The translations under genes were made by a program, and so were the position numbers. Source: an uncultured Chloroflexia bacterium (GTDB lineage: Bacteria; Chloroflexota; Limnocylindria; QHBO01). Taken from it: a stretch of DNA of 64,000 nucleotides. The notes beneath the pieces are model-generated. The model saw nothing but the letters and a program-made list of their open reading frames with translations. It ran no database searches and was not told where the DNA came from. Of this stretch, positions 37,666 to 47,163 are shown piece after piece. How positions within the stretch are numbered: the first letter of the stretch is position 1; each line of letters begins with the position of its first letter. Location: NCBI GenBank assembly GCA_963695195.1, contig CAVOGE010000007.1:831756-895755 (forward strand). The letters are read 5' to 3'.

Positions 37666-38427
37666 CTACGCGCTCTGGGTCGTGGGTGCCGCCGACGGGC
37701 TTCGCGATTCCGCCTCGCCGGCCTCCAGGACTGCCTCCACGAACCGTCCGACACGCTGCGGATCCATCCGCTGCACGCGCCCGATCAGTTGGGCAAACCA
37801 CGGGGCGTTGTCCGTGGTGACGACCTCGAGGTCGGGCTCCTCCAGGACGATCCGGGAGTGCGGCCGCGGGAAGGCGATCGCCCCGGCGACGGGGATCGGC
37901 ACCCCTGGGAGTACCGTGCCCGTCCAGCGCGTCACCGCCTGCACCACCGCCCGCGCGTCCAACGACGGGTTGGTGATGCATGGCACCCATCCGGCGCGGG
38001 TCCGCGTGTCCTGGTCCCAGCTGAGCCCGCGGACGCGGTAGCTCCCGTGCCATCGGCGCGCGATCACGGCGCGCACCCCCGGCGGGCCGACCAGCAGGGC
38101 GGTCAGGTCATCAGGGACGCCGGGCAGCCGCGGGGAGACGATCAGGACGTAGCTGTCGTCGAACGCCGGAGCCAGCAGCCGCACCAGGTCATCGCCGCGC
38201 TCCCGTGTCCTGCGTCGGCCCGCCGAGAAGGCACGCAGTGCGATGGCGCAGCCGACGCCAAGTCCGAGCGCAGCCGACAGTGCGAGGAGCGCGACCGGGG
38301 CCGGGCGTGACGTCGGAATGATCGACATCAGCGCCAGGGCGGTGCAGCCCACGATGAGCATCAGCAGCGCCAGGATCACCGTGCTGCGGGTGGCGCTCCG
38401 GGTCCCCACGGGTCGAATCAGACGCAT
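37666..38427 (-). CDS. NERD-like (nuclease-related domain) membrane protein
   Basis: Two N-terminal TM helices, then DDLTALLVGPPGVRAVIARRWHGSY resembling the NERD core. Confidence 0.45.
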   Translation of the reverse strand: MRLIRPVGTRSATRSTVILALLMLIVGCTALALMSIIPTSRPAPVALLALSAALGLGVGCAIALRAFSAGRRRTRERGDDLVRLLAPAFDDSYVLIVSPRLPGVPDDLTALLVGPPGVRAVIARRWHGSYRVRGLSWDQDTRTRAGWVPCITNPSLDARAVVQAVTRWTGTVLPGVPIPVAGAIAFPRPHSRIVLEEPDLEVVTTDNAPWFAQLIGRVQRMDPQRVGRFVEAVLEAGEAESRSPSAAPTTQSA

Positions 38428-38453
38428 CGAGCTCCTCCTGCTACATTCGACAC

Positions 38454-38945
38454 ATGCCAGAGACCAGTACCGTTCTCGCGACGTTCGGGGATCCGGCCGA
38501 GGGGACGCGGGTCGACGCCGCCACCGGCTCGGGATTCACGATCACGCTCGACTCGGCCGCCGGCGGCGCATCGCGGGGAGGGCCTGGCCCCACCGAATCG
38601 ATCCTGGCGGCGCTCGCCGGGTGCACTGCGATGGATGTGGCAAGCATCCTGCGCAAGAAGCGGCAGCATGCGACCAGCTACCAGATCGCCGTCTCCGGCG
38701 AACGGGCGGACGAGCATCCCCGGGTCTATACCCGAATCGTCGTCGAACATCGCGTGGCGGGCGACGTCGAGCCCGAAGCGCTGCGCCGATCGATCGAGCT
38801 GTCGGCGACAAGCTACTGCCCGGTCAATGCCATGCTCTCGCGCGGTGTGACGGTCGAACATCGGTATCGTCTTGTGCGCGAGGGACGCGACGAGGTGGTG
38901 GCCCTGGTGGTCACCACCGGCCCACAGGGTCCGCAGCTCCCCTGA
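38454..38945 (+). CDS. OsmC/Ohr-family peroxiredoxin
   Basis: Two conserved Cys (LAGCTAMD, SYCPVNAML). Confidence 0.85.
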   Translation: MPETSTVLATFGDPAEGTRVDAATGSGFTITLDSAAGGASRGGPGPTESILAALAGCTAMDVASILRKKRQHATSYQIAVSGERADEHPRVYTRIVVEHRVAGDVEPEALRRSIELSATSYCPVNAMLSRGVTVEHRYRLVREGRDEVVALVVTTGPQGPQLP

Positions 38946-39068
38946 CGCCATCACCCGGCGAGTGTCGCTGCGGCGGGCTTTCGGAGGCAATGGCGGGATG
39001 GTCCTGCGCGCCCCGCGTCCTTTCGTCGAGATCGGTCCCCTTGCGTCGTCGGTGTACCCTTCCCGGCC

Positions 39069-39929
39069 ATGGCACGCTCAATGTGGCGCGGGGCGATCCA
39101 GTTCGGGCTGGTGACGATCCCGGTCAAGCTCTACCTGGCAACCGAGAGCACCTCGATCGGCTTCAACATGCTGCACGCCGATTGCCTGAATCGGATCCAG
39201 ATGAAGATCTACTGCCCGCACCACGACGAGGTGGTTCCCCGCTCCGATACCGTGCGCGGGTACGAGTGGAGCAAGGGCCGCTACGTGGTGATGACCGACG
39301 CGGAGATGGACGCCGTCCCGCTCAAGACGGTGCGCGCCATCGAGATCGAGATGTTCGTGGACGCAAAGCGCGAGGCCCACGAGGCGCAGTTCGTCAAGCA
39401 GGCCTACTACCTGGAGCCCGATCCGATGGGTGCCAAGGCGTTCGAGCTGCTCCGCCAGGTGCTCGCCGAGCAGGGCAAGACGGCCATCTGCAAGATCGTG
39501 CTGAAGGACCGCGAGCAGCTCGCGGCGCTGAACCCGTTCGACACCACCATGCTGCTGACCACACTCCACTGGCCAGACGAGGTTCGCTCGCACACCGAGC
39601 TCAACCTGCCGACCGAGCCGATCGCCGTGAAGCCCGCCGAGCGGGCCATGGCCGAGCAGCTGATCGCCTCGATGACCGGTGAATTCTCGCCGGCCGACTA
39701 CCGTGACGACTATCGGGCGGCCCTCATGTCGGTGATCGAAGCCAAGGTTGGCGGCGAGGAGCCGGTGCCCGCCCAGCGTGTCGAGCCGACCAAGATCGGC
39801 GACCTCATGGCGGCACTCGAGGCCAGCGTGGCTGCCGCCCGCGAGGCGCGACGGAGTGCTGCCGTTGAGCCGCCCTCGGAGACCGCCGACGCCGACCAGC
39901 GGCCGGCGCGCCGCCGCCGGTCCGCCTAG
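39069..39929 (+). CDS. ku: Ku protein (non-homologous end joining)
   Basis: MWRGAIQFGLVTIPVKLY N-terminus, Ku core, basic C-terminal tail. Confidence 0.9.
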   Translation: MARSMWRGAIQFGLVTIPVKLYLATESTSIGFNMLHADCLNRIQMKIYCPHHDEVVPRSDTVRGYEWSKGRYVVMTDAEMDAVPLKTVRAIEIEMFVDAKREAHEAQFVKQAYYLEPDPMGAKAFELLRQVLAEQGKTAICKIVLKDREQLAALNPFDTTMLLTTLHWPDEVRSHTELNLPTEPIAVKPAERAMAEQLIASMTGEFSPADYRDDYRAALMSVIEAKVGGEEPVPAQRVEPTKIGDLMAALEASVAAAREARRSAAVEPPSETADADQRPARRRRSA

Positions 39930-39938
39930 CACCGCGTC

Positions 39939-40640
39939 GTGGCCGCCGAGCAGCTGCCGCTGCCGGTTGCGCCGCGTGCTCCGACTGGCGATGGCCAGGC
40001 GCGGCGTCTCCCGGCCCGCATCTCGCCGATGCTGCCATCGGCGGTGGCGTCTCCGTTTGACGACCCCGACTACCTCTTCGAGGCGTGGTGGCCCGGCGCT
40101 CGGGCGATCGCGTCGTGCGAGCGCGGCCTCCTGCGGCTGCAGGTAGCCGGCATGGCCGACGCCGAGGCGGCGTTCCCGGAGCTGGCCACGCTTCCCGCCC
40201 AGCTGGCCGAGGACGGCACGATGCTCGACGGCACGCTCCTGATCCTCGACGCCGACGGGCGTCCCGACGCCGATCTGCTGCGGCAGCGACTTGCCGGACT
40301 CGGTCGTCCCGGGCGTCCGGCCTATGTCGCCAGCGATCTGCTGTGGGCCGGCGGGCAGTCGGTGCGGCTCAACGCCTTCCGTGTGCGGCGCGCATGGCTC
40401 GAAGCGATCCTGGTGCCCGGCGACCGCGCCACGGTCGGGCGCGCCTACCGTGGCGACGGCACCCTGCTGGCGGAAGCGCTGGCCTCGATGGGCGTTGACG
40501 GCATCTCCGCGCGGCATCTCGGAGCCCGGTACCGGTCCGGCTTCGCCGGCGACGCGTGGTTGCGCGCCCCCATCGCGCCGGCCCAGCCGCGCCCGCGTCC
40601 AACGCTGGCGCTCATCCTCCGCCTGCCGCTCGGCGAGTAG
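39939..40640 (+). CDS. Second LigD-ligase-domain-like protein with degenerate active site (paralog of 3210..3896)
   Basis: ISPMLPS (cf. EPMLAT), YLFEAWWPGARAIA (cf. W.FE.KWDGYR: Lys->Trp, Asp->Pro), SDLLWAGG (motif III), DGISAR (motif IV Lys->Arg), AWLRA (motif V Lys lost). 233 aa, no OB domain. Starts 10 nt after Ku stop. Confidence 0.7.
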   Translation: MAAEQLPLPVAPRAPTGDGQARRLPARISPMLPSAVASPFDDPDYLFEAWWPGARAIASCERGLLRLQVAGMADAEAAFPELATLPAQLAEDGTMLDGTLLILDADGRPDADLLRQRLAGLGRPGRPAYVASDLLWAGGQSVRLNAFRVRRAWLEAILVPGDRATVGRAYRGDGTLLAEALASMGVDGISARHLGARYRSGFAGDAWLRAPIAPAQPRPRPTLALILRLPLGE

Positions 40641-40649
40641 CCCAGCGGC

Positions 40650-41279
40650 TCAGCGGCCCGTGTCGCGCTCACCGAGCAGCCTGAGGGCATGCTCGAGCTT
40701 GGTGAGTGGGTCCCGCTGCAGCCCGACGACATCGAGGAGCGCGGCATCGAGCTGCGCAACCAGCGCATCGTCGGGCGCCTCGCCGGCCCGGCACTCCACC
40801 TCCACCACCATCAGCCGGCCGCGCGCCTCGCCGTTGCGCATCACCGTGACCTCGTCGAGCGACAGGAGCCCGATCCGTCGAGCGCCCGCCAGGACGACCC
40901 GCTCCCGGCGGTGCTGGAGCAGGCTGAATCGCTCGACGAGGCCGAGCCGGGAGGCCGCCGCCTCGCCACCCAGCGCCACGAGCAGGTCACGAGCGGGGGA
41001 AGGGGGCCATCTGCCGAGGCTCGTCTCGGCCCCGGCCGGACCCTCGACCTCCGGACGGAGGTGGAGCGCATCCCCCGGCTCGTGGCGCGCTGGTCCCTTG
41101 AGCGACAGCGTCGTCAGCTCGCCGCGGGTCCGCAGCCGGCATGCCCAGCCCGCCGCGGCCAGGCGCAGGTCCGGGGTATCGAGGTAGCGGTCGAGCTCAT
41201 CTACCGAAGTGCGTCGGCCCGAGCGCGACGGGTCCGAGCGAATCGACGCCGACGAGCGCGCGCAGCGGTGCAACATCAT
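40650..41279 (-). CDS. CYTH-like domain protein (triphosphate tunnel metalloenzyme fold), start uncertain
   Basis: ELDRYL, CRLRTRGELTTLSLKGP, RLMVVEVE motifs resemble CYTH. Possible GTG start near 41204. Confidence 0.45.
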   Translation of the reverse strand: MMLHRCARSSASIRSDPSRSGRRTSVDELDRYLDTPDLRLAAAGWACRLRTRGELTTLSLKGPARHEPGDALHLRPEVEGPAGAETSLGRWPPSPARDLLVALGGEAAASRLGLVERFSLLQHRRERVVLAGARRIGLLSLDEVTVMRNGEARGRLMVVEVECRAGEAPDDALVAQLDAALLDVVGLQRDPLTKLEHALRLLGERDTGR

Positions 41280-41324
41280 GGGCGCGGTACTTGAGCTCGA
41301 CCTCGATCGGGTAGTCGGTCCGCG

Positions 41325-42362
41325 TCACTCGGCGTAGCGGGCCGCGGCACCGCGGGTCGCGACAGCGACGGCCTCGCGCAACGCGGGCGGCTCGAGCACC
41401 TCGACCGCGTCGCCCCACGACAGCACCCATGGCCGGATCTCGACGATGCCAGCGACCGTCACGGTCAGCTCGAGCCGACCGTCGGGGAGATCGGCGATCC
41501 GCTGCGATCGGTGCCAGATCGACTCGCGCACGCGCTGCGCCACCGAGGCCTCGAAGCGCAGCGTGACGGTCTCTGGGGCCGTGGTGTCCGACGACCAGAT
41601 CCCCCACGAGTGCGCCAGCCATCGGTCGGGGTCGAAATCGGCGGGCACCTCGTATCGGTCAGCGGTCAGGGTCGAACTGAGGATCCGCTCCACCTTGTAG
41701 GTCCGCATCGCCTCAACGACTTCGTCAAAGCCGATCAGGTAGACCGATCGGCCGGCCGCATCGGGCTCCAGGAAGTAGGGTCGGACTCGCGCCCGCCTGC
41801 GCTCCCCACCGCTCGCCTCGTACGCGAACTCGACGACGCGACCGTCCGCCCACGCCTGCGCGACGTGCGCGAAGTTGCGGGCGAACGGCTCATTTGGACC
41901 GGCGCGACCGACCGCCAGCATCGTCGCGGCAACGTGCCGCGCGATCGGCTGGGGAAGCAGGTCGGCGAGCTTGGTGAAGGCGCTGACCACCGCCTGGTCG
42001 TACTCGTCGCTCCAGCGGGCGATCAGCCGCGAAGCGAGGAAGAGGACGACCGCCTCGGGAAGGGAGAGGCGCAGCGGCGGCAGGAAGTACTTCTTTTCGA
42101 TCCCGTAGCGACCCTTGCCGGCCTGGAAGATCGGCATCCCAAGCTCATCTTCGAGGGCGCGGATGTCCCGATACACGGTGCGGGTGGTCATGCCCGTCAG
42201 GTCTGCGATCTCCGAGACGGGAACCCCCGCGTCGTTGTGCCCGCGGCTGTACAGGATCGATGCCACGGCCAGCAGGCGCGCCAGGCGGTCGCGCTTGCGG
42301 AAGCTGCCCTCGTCCCCGTCGGCGTCGCCCCAGCGCGCCCAGTCGTCGCGCTCGTCGCTCAC
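41325..42362 (-). CDS. HTH-WYL-WCX transcriptional regulator (PafBC/YafY family)
   Basis: N-terminal HTH (VSEIADLTGMTTRTVYRDIRAL), central WYL domain, C-terminal extension. ATGA overlap with rhodanese gene. Confidence 0.8.
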   Translation of the reverse strand: MSDERDDWARWGDADGDEGSFRKRDRLARLLAVASILYSRGHNDAGVPVSEIADLTGMTTRTVYRDIRALEDELGMPIFQAGKGRYGIEKKYFLPPLRLSLPEAVVLFLASRLIARWSDEYDQAVVSAFTKLADLLPQPIARHVAATMLAVGRAGPNEPFARNFAHVAQAWADGRVVEFAYEASGGERRRARVRPYFLEPDAAGRSVYLIGFDEVVEAMRTYKVERILSSTLTADRYEVPADFDPDRWLAHSWGIWSSDTTAPETVTLRFEASVAQRVRESIWHRSQRIADLPDGRLELTVTVAGIVEIRPWVLSWGDAVEVLEPPALREAVAVATRGAAARYAE

Positions 42363-43228
42363 GCCGCTCCACCCGGGTCAGGCCCGATGGCGGCCGGGCG
42401 GCTCGGGTCGGACGACCAGTCGCCCCAGCTCCCCTCGTACAGCTGCGCCCTGATACCCGCCAGCCGCATCGCCAGGATCGTCTGCGTCGCATTCACGCCC
42501 GATCCGCAGGCAGCGATCACGCGCCGGCCGTCCGCTGCGCCAAGCGCGCGGAAGCGGTCGACCAGGGCTGCCGGCGACAGGAGGCGGCCGTCCGGCTGGA
42601 GGTTCCCCGCCGCCGGGGCGCTCACCGCGCCGGGGATGTGTCCTGGTCGTGGATCGATCGGCTCGACCTCGCCGCGATACCGTTCGGGGGCGCGCACATC
42701 GAGCAGCAGCGTGCCGGGTTCGAGCCGGCGCGCATCAACGATCTCGGCGTCCACGACATCATCGGTCCGTGGCGCGCCGGCCGTCCAGGTGGCCTTGGGA
42801 TGCGCCGGATGCGCCGTCACGAGGGTCCCGCCGGCATCGGTCCAGGCCGAGATGCCGCCGTCCAGGATCGCCGCCATACCGGGGTGACCGAAGTGTTCGA
42901 AGAGCCACCACAGGCGCGACGCCACCGTGCCTCCGGCATCGTCGTAGGCGACGACCGTGTGCTCGTCGCCGATCCCGCGCTCCGACAGCGCCCGCGCCAG
43001 TTGGGCCGGGGCTGGGATCGGATGCCGGCCAGGGCCAGATCCTCGCGAGGCGCTGATGTCGTGATCGAGATCCAGGAAGACGGCCCGGGGAATGTGGCCC
43101 GCCGCGTACCGCTCGCGCCCCGGTGGACCGGCGAGCGACCAGCGCAGGTCCACGATCCGCAGGTCGGGGTGCGTCGCGAGCTCGAGTAGCCACGCGGCGG
43201 AGACGATCGGCCCAGGCAGGGTCAGCAC
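42359..43228 (-). CDS. Tandem-rhodanese sulfurtransferase (thiosulfate/3-mercaptopyruvate sulfurtransferase-like)
   Basis: Two rhodanese modules, catalytic Cys in ACGSGVNAT. Confidence 0.8.
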   Translation of the reverse strand: MLTLPGPIVSAAWLLELATHPDLRIVDLRWSLAGPPGRERYAAGHIPRAVFLDLDHDISASRGSGPGRHPIPAPAQLARALSERGIGDEHTVVAYDDAGGTVASRLWWLFEHFGHPGMAAILDGGISAWTDAGGTLVTAHPAHPKATWTAGAPRTDDVVDAEIVDARRLEPGTLLLDVRAPERYRGEVEPIDPRPGHIPGAVSAPAAGNLQPDGRLLSPAALVDRFRALGAADGRRVIAACGSGVNATQTILAMRLAGIRAQLYEGSWGDWSSDPSRPAAIGPDPGGAA

Positions 43229-43261
43229 GACACCGATGATAGATCGGCCGGCGGGAGGACC

Positions 43262-43993
43262 TCAGCCGGGCGAGGGAGATCCCGAGGCTGGCTCGCTGAC
43301 GCCAGGCGAGCCCGATGGCGCCGGCGTCGGCGTGGGCGGTGCCTCCCCGGGGAGACCCGCCAGCATCGCCAGGTTCTGCGCCGCATCGGTGCCGATCAGC
43401 AGGAACACGAACCCGTCTGCTGCCCAGGTGTAGATGAAGGTTCCGGCGGCGGTCGCGTCATCCTCCGGTCGGACCCAGACCAGGTGGTCGCCGATCGCCT
43501 CGAGCGTCCACGGCTCGCGCACCAGGCCGGCAATTCCCACATAGCGGCCCGCCTCGGCCAGGTGCGGCTCCAGGTCCGCGCTGGCGGGGAACGGCGGATC
43601 GACGCGCATGGCGTACAGGGAGAGGCGCGGCCGCTGCACGAACGCCACCTGGACCGATCGGAACCGATCCCCGATCGGTCCGTATACCGCACCGATGTCG
43701 CCCGGGGTGATCGAGAACTCGGTGATCGGCGGGATCTCGACCGGCTGTCCGGCAACCTCGGTCGGAATGAGCGCCACGAGCGCGGCGTCGGGCGAGTTGC
43801 TGAAGAGCGGTGTCGGAGCGGGCGTCGGCACCGGCGACGGCGTCGGGCTCGGCGTGGGGAGCTCGGTGGGGCTGGGCAACGGCGTCGGGCTCGGCGTCGG
43901 GGTCGCGGAGCAGGCCGCAACCACCATGGCCACCGCCATCGCACCGACAATCCCGACCTTGGGGCGGGCAGCGTCGGGACGGGTCATCGGCAT
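43262..43993 (-). CDS. Pro/Thr-rich lipoprotein, unknown function
   Basis: Lipobox MVVAAC, long (TPSP)n linker. Start ATG 43993 or 43987. Confidence 0.55.
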   Translation of the reverse strand: MPMTRPDAARPKVGIVGAMAVAMVVAACSATPTPSPTPLPSPTELPTPSPTPSPVPTPAPTPLFSNSPDAALVALIPTEVAGQPVEIPPITEFSITPGDIGAVYGPIGDRFRSVQVAFVQRPRLSLYAMRVDPPFPASADLEPHLAEAGRYVGIAGLVREPWTLEAIGDHLVWVRPEDDATAAGTFIYTWAADGFVFLLIGTDAAQNLAMLAGLPGEAPPTPTPAPSGSPGVSEPASGSPSPG

Positions 43994-44039
43994 GGGAGCG
44001 GCGATGATAGCACCGGCCCCCGCGGCCCTCGCAGTCGGC

Positions 44040-47024
44040 TCAGGCTCCTCCGCTGGCCCGCGGAGCGCGCGTGCGATCCCGCACCGACGCGGTCCGCTTG
44101 CCGGCGGGCCGCTTGACGGCAGTCCGCTTTCCCGGACCGCCCTTGCTGCGAGCATGCCCGGCGCCGACCGCCGCCACCACCGCCCCCGCCATGTCGGACC
44201 GTTCCGCAGAGCCTGGACCAGGTGCATGCAGCGCGGCTCGGGCGAGCTGGTCCAGCGTTCCGCGCAGGTCTCGCATCTCGCTGGGAACATCGGCTGCCGA
44301 GATGACGCGGTCGCCCCCGGACTGCTTGCCGAGGTAGAGCGCGGTGTCTGCGGCAGCGATCAGCCCGTTCTTGTCGGAGGCGTCGCCGGGAATGGTCGCC
44401 ACGCCGATCGAGATGGTGATCGGTGATGCGTCCTGCGCGGTCAGCTTCGCAACCGCCACCCGGACCCGCTCCGCAATGGTTGCCGCGGTTACGGCGTCGA
44501 CATCCGGCAGGACGAGTGCGAACTCATCGCCCCCGTAGCGGAAGACGAGGTCATCCGCGCGAGCGGCACCGTGAATCGCCACGCCGACCGCGTGGAGCAG
44601 TGCGTCTCCAGCCGGGTGGCCGAGGCGGTCGTTGTAGCCCTTGAACAGATCGAGGTCGAGCATCAGCAGCGAGACGGTTCGACGGTCGGTGGCGCGGCGC
44701 CTTCCTCTGCCGGCGGACGCGTCGCACAGGGCACCAAGGATGCGCTGGAACGCACCGTGATTCCCCAGCTCGGTCAGCGCATCGGTATCGGCCCGTTCGT
44801 TCACGGCGTGGTGTGCCTCTGCGTTGCGAAGCGCGATCGACGCCTGGCCGGCGAACAGCTTCACCAGTTCGAAGTCGTTCTCCGAGAAGTAGTTTTCGTC
44901 CGCGCCCACGCGCGAGATGTTCATGCAACCGATCACCTCTCCCGCGCTCACAAGCGGCACGACCGCCAGCGCCTCGGGATCGGCCGGCGTGCCGGGAATC
45001 TGCATGGCGCGAGGGTCGTGCAGCGCATCGTTGGCCAGGATCGGTTCGGCGTGATCGGTCGCCCAGCCCATCAGGCCACTGCCGAAGGGGACGACGTACC
45101 GCCTCACCTGCTCTGCGTGGCGCTCCCGGGTGAGGACCGGCGTCAGCACCCGGTTCACTGGGTCAGTGCGGTAGATCGACAGGTTGTCGTAGCGCACCAC
45201 CGATCGGAGTCCGTCGGCGATCGCCTCGAGGACGAGCTGGCGGTCGAGGGTCGAGTTGAGCCGCTCCGTGATCTCGAGCAGTCTGCCCTGCGAGTTGAGC
45301 TGACGGGTGAGCTCGGTCGACTGGAGCTCGAGGCGGGCATATGCCGATGCGTTGGCGATGGCCTGGGCCGCATATCCGGCAAAGATCATCATGGTCTGAA
45401 GGTCGTCGGCGCTGAACTGGTCGATCCCCAGCTTCGAGAGCGCGACAACACCGAGCGCGCGGCCCTCGAAGACCATGGGCACGACGAGCATCGACTCCTC
45501 GATCTCGTCGGTCCCTTCGATGGTGTGCCCGCGGGGGTCGTGGAGCGCGTCATTGGCGAGGATCGGCTCGCCGTGCTCCGCCACCCATCCGGTGAAGGAA
45601 CCGTCGCCGATGTCGACCTGCAGCGCCTCGCGGAAGTCGCCCTCCCCGAGGAGCCGATCAGTAAACGCGATCGGTTCGCAGATCCCACGCTCCCAGTTGG
45701 CCGAATAGACGCGGATGTCGTGGTACGCAGCCAGGGTGCTCGCCTCCGCGACGATGGCATCGGCGATGGCCTGGACATCGGTCAGCCGGTTGAGGCGCGC
45801 GGACAGGTCCTGGATCGAGCGCATGCGAGCGGCCTGGTCGGCGACCGACCGATAGAGGCGCGCATTGCTGATCGCGACCGCGGCCTGGTTGGCGAAGGCT
45901 TGCGCCAGGGCAATCTCGTCCTCGGGCCAGTCGCGGTCCCGGGTGTGGTACAGGCCGATGACCCCGACCGCGCGATCGTGGCTGACCAGCGGGACGAGGC
46001 AGGCGGTCTGGATTCCTTCATGCCGATAGACCGCCTGCAGCGCTCCGACACCCGGCCGCGCCCCGGCCTCGCGGATGACGCATGTGCGTCGCTCACGGAC
46101 TGCCTGGACCCCCAGCGACGGAGTCTCCAGGGTGAGGCCCCGGACGGTGGCGAGAAACTCCTCGCCGATGCCACGCGAGGCGGCCACGTGGAACGGGTGG
46201 TCGCCCTCCTGGATCAGCCAGAGTCCGACCTTTTCAGCGTCGAAGAGTGATCGCGTGCGGTCGACAATATCGTCGAGTACCACGCTCAGCTCGAGCTGGC
46301 TGGTCAGTTCCTGGGTCACATGTCGAAGGGCCCGCGCCCGAGTCGCTTCGCGGCGGGCGCGGGCCATGGCTCGTGCCTGGCGCACATCTGCGGCGATCGC
46401 GGCGGCGACCGTCTGAACGAATGGGCGCCGCAGCGCGTCTGCGCCGGCCGTCTGCTCGATCAGGAGCGCCCCGAGCGTGTCGCCAGCGATCGTGAGCGGC
46501 GTCACGAGCACCAGGGGAGCGTCCCCCGAGCGTGGGAGGGTCATCAGCCCCTCGTCGCCGGCCTCGCCGGCGACGCTCAGCTTCTCCGGTGGTGCAACGT
46601 CATATCCGGCGTGCGTCTCGAGCCGAAGGTCGCCCTCGTCGCCCTCGCGGGCAAGGTAGATGGCCACTCGTTCGACGGGCAGGTGCGTGCGAATTGCCTC
46701 GATCGCTCCACGGCAGACCGCGGACACGTTTGCCGGCATGCCGCCCACGGCAACGAGGCGTGTCAGCACGGCCAACTCAGCGTCGCGCGTACTCGCTGAC
46801 GTGGCTTCGCGCTCATCGGTGGCCGATCCCTCTGCCAGCAGCCGCTCGACGTCGCCGCGGCGGAACCGACGATCCCCGCGTGCATTGATCCGGAACGCGG
46901 GGAGGCGGCCAGCCTCGGCCCAGGCGCGGATCGTGTTCGGGTGGACGGCGAGCATCGCGGCAGCCTGCGCCACGCTGACGAGCACCCCCCGGTCCTCCCT
47001 GCGGTCGCTGTGCGGCTGTCCCAT
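44040..47024 (-). CDS. Multidomain regulator: MerR/excisionase-type HTH, multiple GAF domains, GGDEF diguanylate cyclase
   Basis: HTH (MLAVHPNTIRAWAEAGRLPAF), 3-4 GAF repeats, GGDEF (RYGGDEFALVL). Confidence 0.8.
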   Translation of the reverse strand: MGQPHSDRREDRGVLVSVAQAAAMLAVHPNTIRAWAEAGRLPAFRINARGDRRFRRGDVERLLAEGSATDEREATSASTRDAELAVLTRLVAVGGMPANVSAVCRGAIEAIRTHLPVERVAIYLAREGDEGDLRLETHAGYDVAPPEKLSVAGEAGDEGLMTLPRSGDAPLVLVTPLTIAGDTLGALLIEQTAGADALRRPFVQTVAAAIAADVRQARAMARARREATRARALRHVTQELTSQLELSVVLDDIVDRTRSLFDAEKVGLWLIQEGDHPFHVAASRGIGEEFLATVRGLTLETPSLGVQAVRERRTCVIREAGARPGVGALQAVYRHEGIQTACLVPLVSHDRAVGVIGLYHTRDRDWPEDEIALAQAFANQAAVAISNARLYRSVADQAARMRSIQDLSARLNRLTDVQAIADAIVAEASTLAAYHDIRVYSANWERGICEPIAFTDRLLGEGDFREALQVDIGDGSFTGWVAEHGEPILANDALHDPRGHTIEGTDEIEESMLVVPMVFEGRALGVVALSKLGIDQFSADDLQTMMIFAGYAAQAIANASAYARLELQSTELTRQLNSQGRLLEITERLNSTLDRQLVLEAIADGLRSVVRYDNLSIYRTDPVNRVLTPVLTRERHAEQVRRYVVPFGSGLMGWATDHAEPILANDALHDPRAMQIPGTPADPEALAVVPLVSAGEVIGCMNISRVGADENYFSENDFELVKLFAGQASIALRNAEAHHAVNERADTDALTELGNHGAFQRILGALCDASAGRGRRRATDRRTVSLLMLDLDLFKGYNDRLGHPAGDALLHAVGVAIHGAARADDLVFRYGGDEFALVLPDVDAVTAATIAERVRVAVAKLTAQDASPITISIGVATIPGDASDKNGLIAAADTALYLGKQSGGDRVISAADVPSEMRDLRGTLDQLARAALHAPGPGSAERSDMAGAVVAAVGAGHARSKGGPGKRTAVKRPAGKRTASVRDRTRAPRASGGA

Positions 47025-47163
47025 GGACTGCTCCGTGCTCGATCAGCACCCGTCCCAGCCCGACGCTGGAGCTTCTGGTAGGTGCCGTGCAGCGGATGGT
47101 AGAAGTGGTAGGGCGTCGCGGCGATGCCCCGTTGGTACCGTTCGGACACGGTACGACCAGGGC

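Noticed and set aside
38946-39068. PafBC/RecA-NDp-type operator (TGTCGGTG-N8-TANNNT) upstream of ku
   Set aside because: CGTCGGTG is present, but the required spacing to a TANNNT -10 is not. I cannot support an operator call from sequence alone.
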